DNA of 64,000 bases from an uncultured Anaerolineae bacterium (lineage in GTDB: Bacteria; Chloroflexota; Anaerolineae; Aggregatilineales; UBA3940): positions 11,957 through 75,956 of the forward strand of contig CAZRXG010000015.1 of NCBI GenBank assembly GCA_964603985.1, written 5' to 3'. A model generated the notes under the pieces. That model did no database searches. It saw only the letters and a list, made by a program, of their open reading frames with translations, and was not told the DNA's origin. A program made the translations under genes and the position numbers. Positions 19,035 through 27,370 of this stretch are shown here, one piece after another (position 1 is the first letter of the stretch; each line of letters opens with the position of its first letter).

Positions 19035-19127
19035 TCAACCATCAGCAGGCGCACTACGGCCCGGGTAAGCAGCAGCATCGAGGGCTGTATGTGCCGTCAT
19101 ACGTGCTGGCCCAGGTGTAATGAACAT
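19035..19127 (-). CDS. candidate small protein (30 aa, MFITPGPARMTAHTALDAAAYPGRSAPADG)
   Basis: Below the track size cut-off. AAAGGAGG lies 10 nt upstream of the ATG. Sits between a consensus promoter and an intrinsic terminator. Confidence 0.35.
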   Translation of the reverse strand: MFITPGPARMTAHTALDAAAYPGRSAPADG

Positions 19128-19159
19128 GTGTCGCCTGCCTCCTTTCGTAAGATGGACGG

Positions 19160-19188
19160 AGTATAACTCCCCCTGCGAGGCGTGTCAA
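19160..19188 (-). promoter_or_regulatory. sigma70-type promoter, TTGACA-17 nt-TATACT
   Basis: Minus strand: TTGACAcgcctcgcagggggagtTATACT. Perfect -35, 17-nt spacer, 5/6 match at -10. Confidence 0.6.
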
Positions 19189-19262
19189 AAACAAGGGGGA
19201 CGTAGCGGCAGCCGATCCATCCATCCGCGAAATCCGCGAAATTTGCGGACTGAACTCTCCCC

Positions 19263-20858
19263 TCACGTCTCCTCGTGACGGTCTTCAAGCGTCAGCACCT
19301 TGATGCCGATCGCCGCCTCGATCTCGTCCGCCAGCGCCTGCAGCGCCTCGCGCTGGAACAGGCTGCTGTCCCTCTCCGGGCTGCCCAGCACCACCAGGCT
19401 GACCTCCTCCTCGTGGGCCACGGCCTGAAGCTGCTCGCGCAGGGTGCCCGTCCTGACGATCACCCGCGCCCGCACGCCTGCCTGACGGGCCTGCTCTTGC
19501 GCCGTCGTTTGCAGGAAGGCCAGCATGTGCTCGACCTGGGCCTTGACGTTGATCACAATCGGCGTCGCCACCCGCTCCAGAAGGCGCTGGTCGAACACAT
19601 ACAAAAAGAGCAGTTCGGCGTCCTCCGCCCGCGCCAGCGCGATGGCCTGCTCGTGGGTTGATTGGCTGGTTTGCCCGCCCCGCGTCGCGCACAGGATCTT
19701 GCCCCGGCCCCTTTCCTGCTCGCCGATCCTGGCGGCGATCAGGTCGCCGATCCACTTGCGGCCCGCCAGCCCCAGCCCTCCCACTGCGATGATCACCCCG
19801 CACACTGCCAGCCAATCGAGCAGCGTCCCCCCGGCTGCGATGACCACCTGGTAGGCGAGGAAGCCCAGGTACGTCATCAGCAGGTACGCGCCAACCACGC
19901 GGTTGATCGTGCGCGCCCTGCCCAGCCATTGCGCGTCCAGCAGCAGCAGGGCCACCAGCGTCAGGTTGATCGCGTTCATGAAGATGAAGCTCAGGATGGC
20001 CGTCTCCCCGATGTCCAGCGGGCGGATCAGCGCCGGAAGTCCCAGCCCGAACAGCAGGTTGAACAGGTTGCTGCCGAAGGCCGTGCCCAGCACCAGGTCG
20101 GCGTGCCCGCGCCGCGCCGCCTGGATCGACGATGCGATCTCCGGCAGTGAGGTGCCCGGCCCGATGATCGCCAGCCCTATGATGAACTCCGGCACGTTCA
20201 GCACCATTGCCAGCGCCGTCGTGTTGAGGATCAGCACCCGCGAGGCCAGCACCAGCACCACCAGCCCCCCGAACAGCGCCAGCAGTGCCTGCCCGCGCGT
20301 GAGGTGCAGCGCCGTCGGGTGCGAGATGGCCTCGATCTCGGTCATCTCGACCAGCAGCACGCTTCTCTCGTGGGTGCTCCTGGCGTACTGGATGATCAGG
20401 TACACCGCTGCCACGAACACAGCCAGCATCAGCGCCGCCTCAAGGTGTCCGATCCGCCCGTCGATGACCAGTGCCGTCATCAGGCCGGTCGCCGCCACGT
20501 ACAGCGGGACGTCCTTCTCCAGTGCGGCGCGCGGCACCGCGATCAGGCCGGCGATCAGTGCCGATACGCCCAGCTCGATGCCGAAGTTGACCAGGTTCGA
20601 CCCCAGGATGTTGCCCGCCACCGCCGACGTGTCGCCGCTGCCCAGCACGACGACCAGGTTGACCGCCAGCTCAGCCGACGAGGTGCCCATCGCGACCACC
20701 GTCGCCCCGATCACCAGTGGGCTGATGTTCAATGCGTGAGCCATGTGGACGGCGCCGTCCACCAGGTAGTGCGAGGCGCGGGTCACGACGTACAGTGCGC
20801 CGAGGATGAGCAGGATGTTGATGGGCAGCGGCAGCCCGCAGAAGAAGCGTTCCAGCAT
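19263..20858 (-). CDS. Ca2+/Na+ antiporter (CaCA family) fused to a C-terminal universal stress protein (USP)-like domain
   Basis: Two alpha-repeat regions (GTSSAELAVN.., GTSLPEIASS..) and about 10 TM helices. The C-terminal roughly 150 aa (KILCATRGGQTSQ...LLFLYVFDQ...VVLGSPER) is USP-like. Confidence 0.85.
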   Translation of the reverse strand: MLERFFCGLPLPINILLILGALYVVTRASHYLVDGAVHMAHALNISPLVIGATVVAMGTSSAELAVNLVVVLGSGDTSAVAGNILGSNLVNFGIELGVSALIAGLIAVPRAALEKDVPLYVAATGLMTALVIDGRIGHLEAALMLAVFVAAVYLIIQYARSTHERSVLLVEMTEIEAISHPTALHLTRGQALLALFGGLVVLVLASRVLILNTTALAMVLNVPEFIIGLAIIGPGTSLPEIASSIQAARRGHADLVLGTAFGSNLFNLLFGLGLPALIRPLDIGETAILSFIFMNAINLTLVALLLLDAQWLGRARTINRVVGAYLLMTYLGFLAYQVVIAAGGTLLDWLAVCGVIIAVGGLGLAGRKWIGDLIAARIGEQERGRGKILCATRGGQTSQSTHEQAIALARAEDAELLFLYVFDQRLLERVATPIVINVKAQVEHMLAFLQTTAQEQARQAGVRARVIVRTGTLREQLQAVAHEEEVSLVVLGSPERDSSLFQREALQALADEIEAAIGIKVLTLEDRHEET

Positions 20859-21003
20859 TGACGCTATTTACCTCTCTGTGTAACTGGGTTGTTCGCCAGG
20901 TCGCACAGGGGCGGTTTGCGACCTGCCCCTGATCTCACTTACATCATACAACATGTCGGGTGCGAATCCGAGAGCGTTTCTGGGTTGTGTTTCTGAGTGC
21001 CCT

Positions 21004-21250
21004 GTTAAGCTTTCTAATTCCCCCTCGTCGTCGCTGCGCTCCGGTCATCGTTTGCCCCCCACCCTCGTCCCCTCCCCCACATTTCGCGCCTGACGGCGCT
21101 GGGGGGAGGGGGCAGTCAAGCAGCCAGGCAGCCAGGCAGCCAGGCAGCCAGACGAGTCACATTTCCATCATGGCCGGATTAAATACTCAAGGTGCATCGG
21201 GGAGAGGGCGAATTGAGGACGGTCTGCCGTCCGAGATGGGGGAGGGCAGT
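21004..21250 (+). repeat. MITE/REP-like intergenic element, copy D (longest; 8-bp VNTR plus second module)
   Basis: ccggtcatcgtttgccccccaccc...cccctcccccacatttcgcgcctgacggcgctggggggaggggg. (GCAGCCAG) x4 perfect plus 1 degenerate unit at 21112-21151. ...catcatggccggattaaatactcaaggtgcat. Then the module gggagagggcgaattgaggacggtctgccgtccgagatgggggagggcag. Confidence 0.7.
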
Positions 21251-21301
21251 ATGGGGGACGGATGAGCCGTCAGGCTCACAGGGGGGTGGCGTGGTATGGC
21301 A

Positions 21302-21331
21302 TTGACCTGATGCCGGGTTGCTCTATACAAT
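21302..21331 (+). promoter_or_regulatory. candidate promoter for the GTPase gene (TTGACC-18-TACAAT, or -16-TATACA)
   Basis: aTTGACCtgatgccgggttgctcTATACAATtgg, about 107 nt upstream of ATG 21438. Confidence 0.4.
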
Positions 21332-21437
21332 TGGAGGTGTACCACGCAGGCATGTTGTCTGTTTTGGGAAAGGTCGTGCACCAGAAGATGAGCAAGCTCG
21401 TCAGCAGCGTACTCAGCAGGAAAGTGAGCGGGTAGCC

Positions 21438-22427
21438 ATGCCAACCAACCTTCCCCCGGAGTATTATGATGTTGAGAAGCTCTATCGGGAGGCCAGAACG
21501 CCGGAGGAGAAGGCCGAGCACCTTGAGGAAATGCTCAGCACTATCCCCAAGCACAAAGGCACCGATAAACTGCGGGCCGACCTGCGCCGCAAGCTCTCCA
21601 AGTTAAAAGCTGCCGCCCAGACCCAAAAAAAGACCGGTCGGCGGGAATCGGCCTATCGCATCGACAGAGAGGGCGCCGGGCAGGCGGTCGTCGTCGGGCC
21701 GCCCAACGTGGGGAAGTCCTCGTTGGTGGCTGCGCTGACCAATGCCACCCCTGAGGTGGCCGATTATCCGTACACCACGCAGTTGCCCATTCCAGGCATG
21801 ATGCCGGTTGATAATATCAGGGTCCAGTTGATCGATACGCCCCCTGTGGGCGGGGAGTTTGTCGAGCCGCAGGTGTTCAATCTGATCCGGCAGGCGGATC
21901 TCATCCTGTTGGTCGTGGACCTCCAGACCTACCCCATCGAGCAGCTTGAGGACACGGTTGCCGCGCTGGAGGAGCGACGCATCGTCCCAGGCCACCTGAG
22001 AGAGCGTTACGCCGGGGATCAGCGCCGCCTGACCTTCATCCCGCTGCTGGTGCTGGTCAACAAGAACGATGACGCAGGCTCCGACGAGGATTTTGAGGCG
22101 CTGTGCGAGTTGATCGGCGGTGATTGGCCGCTGGTGCCCGTCTCCGCCGCGACCGGTCGCAACCTCGACCGCCTGAAGCAGCTTGTGTTCGATCACCTGG
22201 GGATCGTCCGCGTTTACTCCAAGCCCCCCGGCAAGGAGCCGGATTTCAGCTCCCCGTTTGTCATGAGGAAGGGCGGCAATGTGGAGGAGTTCGCGGGCAA
22301 GGTGCACAAGGACTTCGTCGAAAACCTGAAGTCGGCTCGCGTCTGGGGCAGTGGCGTGCACGACGGGCAGATGGTGGGCCGCGATCACGTCCTTCATGAT
22401 GGTGACGTGGTGGAGCTGCGCATTTAG
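21438..22427 (+). CDS. DRG/Rbg-like GTP-binding protein with C-terminal TGS domain
   Basis: G1 GPPNVGKSS, G2 YPYTT, G3 DTPP, NKND. C-terminal TGS-like VRVYSKPPGKEPDF..PFVMRKGGNVEEFAGKVHKDF. Start at MPTNLPPEYY. Confidence 0.85.
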   Translation: MPTNLPPEYYDVEKLYREARTPEEKAEHLEEMLSTIPKHKGTDKLRADLRRKLSKLKAAAQTQKKTGRRESAYRIDREGAGQAVVVGPPNVGKSSLVAALTNATPEVADYPYTTQLPIPGMMPVDNIRVQLIDTPPVGGEFVEPQVFNLIRQADLILLVVDLQTYPIEQLEDTVAALEERRIVPGHLRERYAGDQRRLTFIPLLVLVNKNDDAGSDEDFEALCELIGGDWPLVPVSAATGRNLDRLKQLVFDHLGIVRVYSKPPGKEPDFSSPFVMRKGGNVEEFAGKVHKDFVENLKSARVWGSGVHDGQMVGRDHVLHDGDVVELRI

Positions 22428-22553
22428 CGTGCGCCTGTGGGGGGCATCGCGTCCAGATCTTGCCGGTAGTGCGCTTCCTGTGTATCTATTTTGTCCTGGT
22501 GTGTTTAGTAGTACAGCACACTCTCGCGGCAGGCGTAAAGTCGGGGCGGCCCC

Positions 22554-22586
22554 AAACGGCAAACGACCCGGCTCAGACCGGGTCGC
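22554..22586 (-). terminator. candidate terminator after the lipoprotein gene
   Basis: Minus strand: GCGACCCGG-tctgag-CCGGGTCG followed by TTTGCCGTTT. Confidence 0.45.
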
Positions 22587-22646
22587 TGCGGTGGCACTGC
22601 TGGGGGCGCTGTGGCCCTGCTGCAAAGAGGGGGTTAACCACTCTTG

Positions 22647-23147
22647 CTATTGGCTGCGGGCCGTCTCGATGCGCCACACCATCGTCAGGGTGGTCTCGGT
22701 CACGCTCACCGATTGCAGCTTGCGGTTTGGGCGGCGCTTACCGGCCTTCTCCAGCCGCTGGGCGATGCGCTCGCTCCACTTCTCGACGCGCTCGTCGTCG
22801 GCCGGTTCGCCGTTGACCTTCACGTCGGAGATGGTGGCGGTCAGGCCCTCGTCCTTGACGCCCAGTTCCACGCGGAAGGTGATCTCGTCGATCTGCCCGC
22901 CTTCAGGCCGCTCGCGCTCCATCGCCACGTCGATGTAGCCGTCCTTCAGGTCGGCGCTCACGCTCTGAACCTGCGTGTCGTTCTCGCTGAGGGCCAGCTC
23001 AAGCTCCTGCTGGATGCTCTCCTCGGTCATCACCGACGTGGCGGTCAGCGAGCCGTCGGGGTTGCGCTCCACGTCGATGCTGCACGCGCTGACCAGCGCG
23101 CCGAGGCCGATCACCAGCATTGCTACCAGAACACTTCTGCCCTTCAT
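22647..23147 (-). CDS. hypothetical lipoprotein (166 aa)
   Basis: MKGRSVLVAMLVIGLGALVSAC lipobox. Acidic soluble domain. Family not recognised. Confidence 0.65.
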   Translation of the reverse strand: MKGRSVLVAMLVIGLGALVSACSIDVERNPDGSLTATSVMTEESIQQELELALSENDTQVQSVSADLKDGYIDVAMERERPEGGQIDEITFRVELGVKDEGLTATISDVKVNGEPADDERVEKWSERIAQRLEKAGKRRPNRKLQSVSVTETTLTMVWRIETARSQ

Positions 23148-23387
23148 CTTAGATAAACCTCCTGATTGGCTTTTGCTCAACTCACCCTTATCCTGGCACA
23201 CACGTGTAAACAGACATCCTCAAGGATGTAAAACGTGTGTAAAATGCCGCCAGCACGGGGTTGATACGACGTAATGCCGCCGGTGAGTGACCTGCCCCCG
23301 GCTTCTCTGATCGCCTTTTCGCCTGCTCGGAATTGGCTATACTGAGTGGCGAGGGTCGGGTATGGTTCATCAATGTGAAAGGCAGTC

Positions 23388-25580
23388 ATGTCTCAAGTGA
23401 TTCGTGAGCTTTCTCCTGGGCGCTTGCTCCCCGGCCTGGCTGCCGGTCTCGTTACAGCCATCATCCAGATCACGGTGGCAACCGCCTTTGCCGTGCTCGT
23501 CTTTTCGGGAGACCTTTCTGATTATGTCCCTGTTGGCGTTGGTTATATGCTCTTTGCCGCCGTCGTCATCGCCACGTTGATGGGCCTGTTCAGCTCCTTC
23601 CCCGGCCTGGTCGCCGGACTTCAGGACAGCGCGGTGGCTATCCTGGCGCTTGTGTCAGCCGCGATTGTCCAGGGCATGCCGGCTTCTGCAACGCCTCAGG
23701 AGACATTCGCCACCGTTGTCGCCGCCGTCGCCCTCGCATCGCTGTTAACCGGAGTGGCTTTCTTGATCCTGGGATACTTCAAACTGGGGGACTTGATACG
23801 CTACATCCCTTACCCGGTAGTTGGGGGGTTCCTGGCGGGCACCGGCCTGCTGCTTGTCCAGGGCGCAGTTCTCGTGATGACCGATGCGCCCCTTGGTCCC
23901 TCCTTGACCCGGCCAGACTTGCTGGCAAAATGGCTCCCTGGGCTGGCCTTCGCCGTCCTCTTGTTGGTGGTGTCGCGCCGCTCCGGGCATTTCCTGATCA
24001 TGCCGGGGATGCTGCTGGCGGCCAGCGTGATTTTCTTCGTGGTCTTGTGGTTGGCCCACATCACCGCCGCCGAGGCAACTGCTCAGGGTTGGTTGTTAGG
24101 CTCGCTTCCTGAAGGTGGGCTTTGGCAGCCGCCGACTCTGTCTGACCTTGGACGGGTGAATTGGTCGGTCCTGCGGGGGCAGGTTGGCAGTCTGGCGGCC
24201 ATCGTCCTCGTCAGCGTCCTGTCGCTTTTGCTTAATGCAACCGGGATCGAGCTCGTTACCGGGCACGAGATGGATTTGAATCGTGAGCTCACGGTTGCCG
24301 GTGTTGCTAATCTCGTCGCGGGCCTGGGCGGTGGAATGGTTGGCTTTCATGTTCTGAGTGACACGGCCCTGGTTCACAAGATGGGTGTCCGGGGCCGCAT
24401 GGGGGGCGTCGTCCTGTCTGCGGTGTGCGGTGCTGTGCTGTTGGCCGGTGGCTCTCTGCTGTCCCTGTTCCCCAACTTTGTTCTCGGTGGCTTGCTGCTC
24501 TTCCTTGGTTTAGGCTTCCTGATCGAGTGGATATATGATGCCTGGTTCACGCTGCCCCGGATCGATTACCTGCTCGTCGTTCTGATCCTGGTCGTCGTTG
24601 GCGCGGTTGGCTTCTTGCAAGGCGTTGGTCTGGGTGTGGTTGTGGCCGTGATTTTGTTCGTCGTCGATTACAGCCGCATCAACGTGGTCAAGCACCAACT
24701 CTCAGGCACCAGTCATCATAGCAATGTCGAGCGTCCCCGGCTCTATCGTCAGTTGCTGCGCCGGAAGGGACATTGGCTCCACATCCTCAAACTGCATGGG
24801 TTCATCTTCTTTGGTACGGCCAACAGGCTGTTTGAGCAGGTTCGTCGGCGCGCAAATGACTTGAGCTCGCCGTCGCCGCGTTACGTGGTGCTCGATTTCC
24901 GGCTGGTAACCGGCCTCGACTCTTCCGCCGCGTTCAGCTTCGCGAAGATGAGGCAACTGGCGGAAAGGGAGAACATCGTCCTGGTTTTTACACATCTCTC
25001 AACTGAGATTCGTCGCCAGTTGGAAAGGGTGGCCTTTGAGGGTGGGGAGGTGCGCGTCTTTCCGGACCTGGATCATGGCGTCGAGTGGTGCGAGGACCAG
25101 ATGATTGCGACCTTCGAGAGCGTGGGGCTTGCGGCGAGGTCGCAGACCTTGATGCAGCAATTGGGAGATGCCCTGCCCCAGGCCGATGGCTTCGCCGGGC
25201 TGCGGAAATATCTCAGCCGGAAGGAGGTTCAGCCGGGGGATTGTCTCGTGCGTCAGGGCGATGCGCCCGGTGGGATTTACTTCATTGAGACAGGGCGGGT
25301 GACCTGTCAGCTTGAGCTTGCCGATGGCAGCGTAGTCCGCCTGCGCACGATGGATGCGGGTACGGTTGTCGGCGAGTTGGGCACGTATTTGAAAGCGCCT
25401 GCTACTGCGTTGGTCGTCGCCGGACAGCCCACGACGCTGCTTCACTTATCGGTGGATGCACTCAGGCAGATGGAAACTGAAGACCCTGAGTTGGCGTTGG
25501 CGTTCCACCGCTTTATGGCGGAGTTGATGGCCGAACGGGTGGCTTCTACCAATGACACGATAGAGGCGTTGCTCCAGTAG
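23388..25580 (+). CDS. SulP family anion transporter with STAS and cyclic-nucleotide-binding domains
   Basis: About 11 TM helices. STAS block (LKLHGFIFFGTANRL...VVLDFRLVTGLDSSA). C-terminal cNMP-binding-like block (GDCLVRQGDAPGGIYFIETGRV...GTVVGELG). Confidence 0.9.
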   Translation: MSQVIRELSPGRLLPGLAAGLVTAIIQITVATAFAVLVFSGDLSDYVPVGVGYMLFAAVVIATLMGLFSSFPGLVAGLQDSAVAILALVSAAIVQGMPASATPQETFATVVAAVALASLLTGVAFLILGYFKLGDLIRYIPYPVVGGFLAGTGLLLVQGAVLVMTDAPLGPSLTRPDLLAKWLPGLAFAVLLLVVSRRSGHFLIMPGMLLAASVIFFVVLWLAHITAAEATAQGWLLGSLPEGGLWQPPTLSDLGRVNWSVLRGQVGSLAAIVLVSVLSLLLNATGIELVTGHEMDLNRELTVAGVANLVAGLGGGMVGFHVLSDTALVHKMGVRGRMGGVVLSAVCGAVLLAGGSLLSLFPNFVLGGLLLFLGLGFLIEWIYDAWFTLPRIDYLLVVLILVVVGAVGFLQGVGLGVVVAVILFVVDYSRINVVKHQLSGTSHHSNVERPRLYRQLLRRKGHWLHILKLHGFIFFGTANRLFEQVRRRANDLSSPSPRYVVLDFRLVTGLDSSAAFSFAKMRQLAERENIVLVFTHLSTEIRRQLERVAFEGGEVRVFPDLDHGVEWCEDQMIATFESVGLAARSQTLMQQLGDALPQADGFAGLRKYLSRKEVQPGDCLVRQGDAPGGIYFIETGRVTCQLELADGSVVRLRTMDAGTVVGELGTYLKAPATALVVAGQPTTLLHLSVDALRQMETEDPELALAFHRFMAELMAERVASTNDTIEALLQ

Positions 25581-25599
25581 CGGAACAGCCGCGATGCGC

Positions 25600-27255
25600 T
25601 CAGCCGTCCCCCTGGCCGTAGATCCACTGGCCGAAGAGCAGCCCGGCCTCCTCCCCGAAGTGCTCAAGCATCAGCCGCTCGACGTCGGCGGTGTGCGCGA
25701 TGCGGTAGCGGTAGGTCTCGTAGTAGGCTCGCAGGAAGTCGCGCATCAGGTCGGGGCCGTAGGTGTCGTACAGGTGGCCGTAGAACAGCGCCCCGGCCCG
25801 GTAGACGAACACGTTGTAGGCTTCTTGATCGGCGTATGCGCCGGTCGCCAGGCCCACCGGGAGCTGGGGCTTGCCGGTCAGGCGGTAGATGTCGGTCTGC
25901 TTTTGCTGGTACTCGCGTACCGCTTCGGCCCCCGCCTCGCCCTTCGTCGTGCGGAAGTACACCTCGACGCTGTACTCGGCCAGTGCCTCGTCCAGCCAGG
26001 GCTCGTCGACCTGGTTGCTGCCCACCACACTGTACCACCATTGGTGAGCCACCTCGTGGGCGGTCAGCCACTCCAGCGTGTAGCTGTCCTCGTTCCACAG
26101 TGCGTTGTTGAGGTAGATCAGGCCGGGGTACTCGACGCCCACCACGATGAATGGGGCCTGCACCACGTCAAGCTCGGCGAAGGGGTATGGTCCGAACTGC
26201 TCGTCGAAGATCGCGAGTGCCGTTTGTGCGAAGTCCATCACCTGCTGATCGCGCCCGTGGCCGCCCGGCCATGACCACACGTTGACGGTGATGCCCGCCT
26301 CGGTCGCGCTCAGCAGCTCGAGGTGATCGCTCAGCATCAGCGCGAACTCGCGCACCGGGCCGGTGGTGATGGTGTAGGTGGTCGTGCCGTCGCCGTTGGG
26401 GGCTGCCTCGACCGTGTGGCCGCTGCTGGCCATCGCCAGCCCGTCCGGTGCGGTCAACTGCACGTCAAACAGGGCCGTCCCCCCGTAGACCGGGTCGCCC
26501 ACGCCCGCCGGTTGGCCCGTCCACCACATCCCACCCGGCTCGTAGACCGACAGCGTCGGGAACAGCCCGAACAGGGCGATCACGCCCTTGAAGTCGGCCA
26601 GACGCCCGTCGCCGTACTGGAAGTCGGGGGCCAGCTCGAGTGCAAATGCCAGGTCGATGTCGACCGCCTCGCCGGGGGCCAGCGTCCGGCCAAGCTCCAC
26701 CTGTAGAGCCGTGTTGCCCTGCTGCAAGTGCATCCCGGCGGGCTGACCGTCGATGGCAGCCGACTCGACGGTCAGGAGGGGCAGGTCGCCTTGCTCTGGG
26801 GCGTAGACGTTGGGATACAGACGGAAGTACACGCTGTCGCAGGGCGCGGCGTCGACCGGGTTGTGGAAGCGCACCCGCTCGGTGCCGTCGACGTGCACGG
26901 GGTCGTCGCGCATCGTCAGTGATACCCAGTAGCGCGTCCCGGCGGCGTGCGCGTCAACGTCGCCCTGGAAGCCTTCGCGCATCGCCAGGTGGTGTGCCGA
27001 CACGCCCTCGTCGATGATGACCGGTATCGGCGTCGTGGCGACGGCCTGTGCCTGGGTGGTGGCCTCGGTGGTGGGTGGTGGTGTGTTGGTCGGGGGCACC
27101 GGCAGTGGTGTGCCGGTCGGGATGGCGGTGGGTGGGGGCGGTGTGGTGGCCTCGATGGTGGGGTGGGTGCAGCCCGTGACCACGACGCCTGCCAGGATCA
27201 GCGCGCGGATGGCGTGCGCCGAACAGCAGTTGAGTTTGTGCATCGGAGGTCTCAT
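25600..27255 (-). CDS. M1 family metallopeptidase (aminopeptidase N-like), lipoprotein
   Basis: HEVAHQWW-(18 aa)-E gluzincin motif (LTAHEVAHQWWYSVVGSNQVDEPWLDEALAEY). N-terminal LILAGVVVTGC lipobox. Confidence 0.85.
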   Translation of the reverse strand: MRPPMHKLNCCSAHAIRALILAGVVVTGCTHPTIEATTPPPPTAIPTGTPLPVPPTNTPPPTTEATTQAQAVATTPIPVIIDEGVSAHHLAMREGFQGDVDAHAAGTRYWVSLTMRDDPVHVDGTERVRFHNPVDAAPCDSVYFRLYPNVYAPEQGDLPLLTVESAAIDGQPAGMHLQQGNTALQVELGRTLAPGEAVDIDLAFALELAPDFQYGDGRLADFKGVIALFGLFPTLSVYEPGGMWWTGQPAGVGDPVYGGTALFDVQLTAPDGLAMASSGHTVEAAPNGDGTTTYTITTGPVREFALMLSDHLELLSATEAGITVNVWSWPGGHGRDQQVMDFAQTALAIFDEQFGPYPFAELDVVQAPFIVVGVEYPGLIYLNNALWNEDSYTLEWLTAHEVAHQWWYSVVGSNQVDEPWLDEALAEYSVEVYFRTTKGEAGAEAVREYQQKQTDIYRLTGKPQLPVGLATGAYADQEAYNVFVYRAGALFYGHLYDTYGPDLMRDFLRAYYETYRYRIAHTADVERLMLEHFGEEAGLLFGQWIYGQGDG

Positions 27256-27311
27256 GATGCTTCCAGTATATGCACGCCTGGACGGTGGGGCAACAGGGGG
27301 GCTGCCCGCCT

Positions 27312-27370
27312 GCCGGTCATTGTTTGCTCCCCCACTCCCGACCCCTCCCCCGGTACCGTCAGGCTCGTCA
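27312..27370 (+). repeat. partial copy (E) of the MITE-like element
   Basis: ccggtcattgtttgctcccccactcccgacccctcccccggtaccgtcaggctcgtcagaccgggggg. It abuts the stop of the 27368 gene. Confidence 0.45.

Noticed and set aside
19040-19085. Possible SRP RNA, 6S RNA or riboswitch in the 18915-19262 intergenic region (ggcccgggtaagcagcagc vaguely resembles SRP helix-8 sequence).
   Set aside because: The match to the SRP consensus (GGUCCGGAAGGAAGCAGCC) is poor and no matching 3' strand was found. The promoter/SD/ORF/terminator reading explains the region better. A covariance-model scan would settle it.
19215-19250. Short 9-nt-period tandem motifs: atccgcgaa-atccgcgaa-atttgcggac at 19221-19250, and cagatggcg-cagatggcg-cggac at 39011-39033.
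   Set aside because: There are only 2-3 units each. They are probably fragments of another dispersed GC-rich repeat family. The evidence in this window is too thin to define a feature.
21112-21151. Possible CRISPR or other spacer-repeat array. Candidates considered: the (GCAGCCAG)n tract and the 120-bp periodicity at 53760-54480.
   Set aside because: The first is a contiguous 8-bp microsatellite without spacers. The second is the coding repeat of the TPR-like protein. No 24-48 bp repeats separated by unique spacers, and no cas genes, were seen anywhere in the window.
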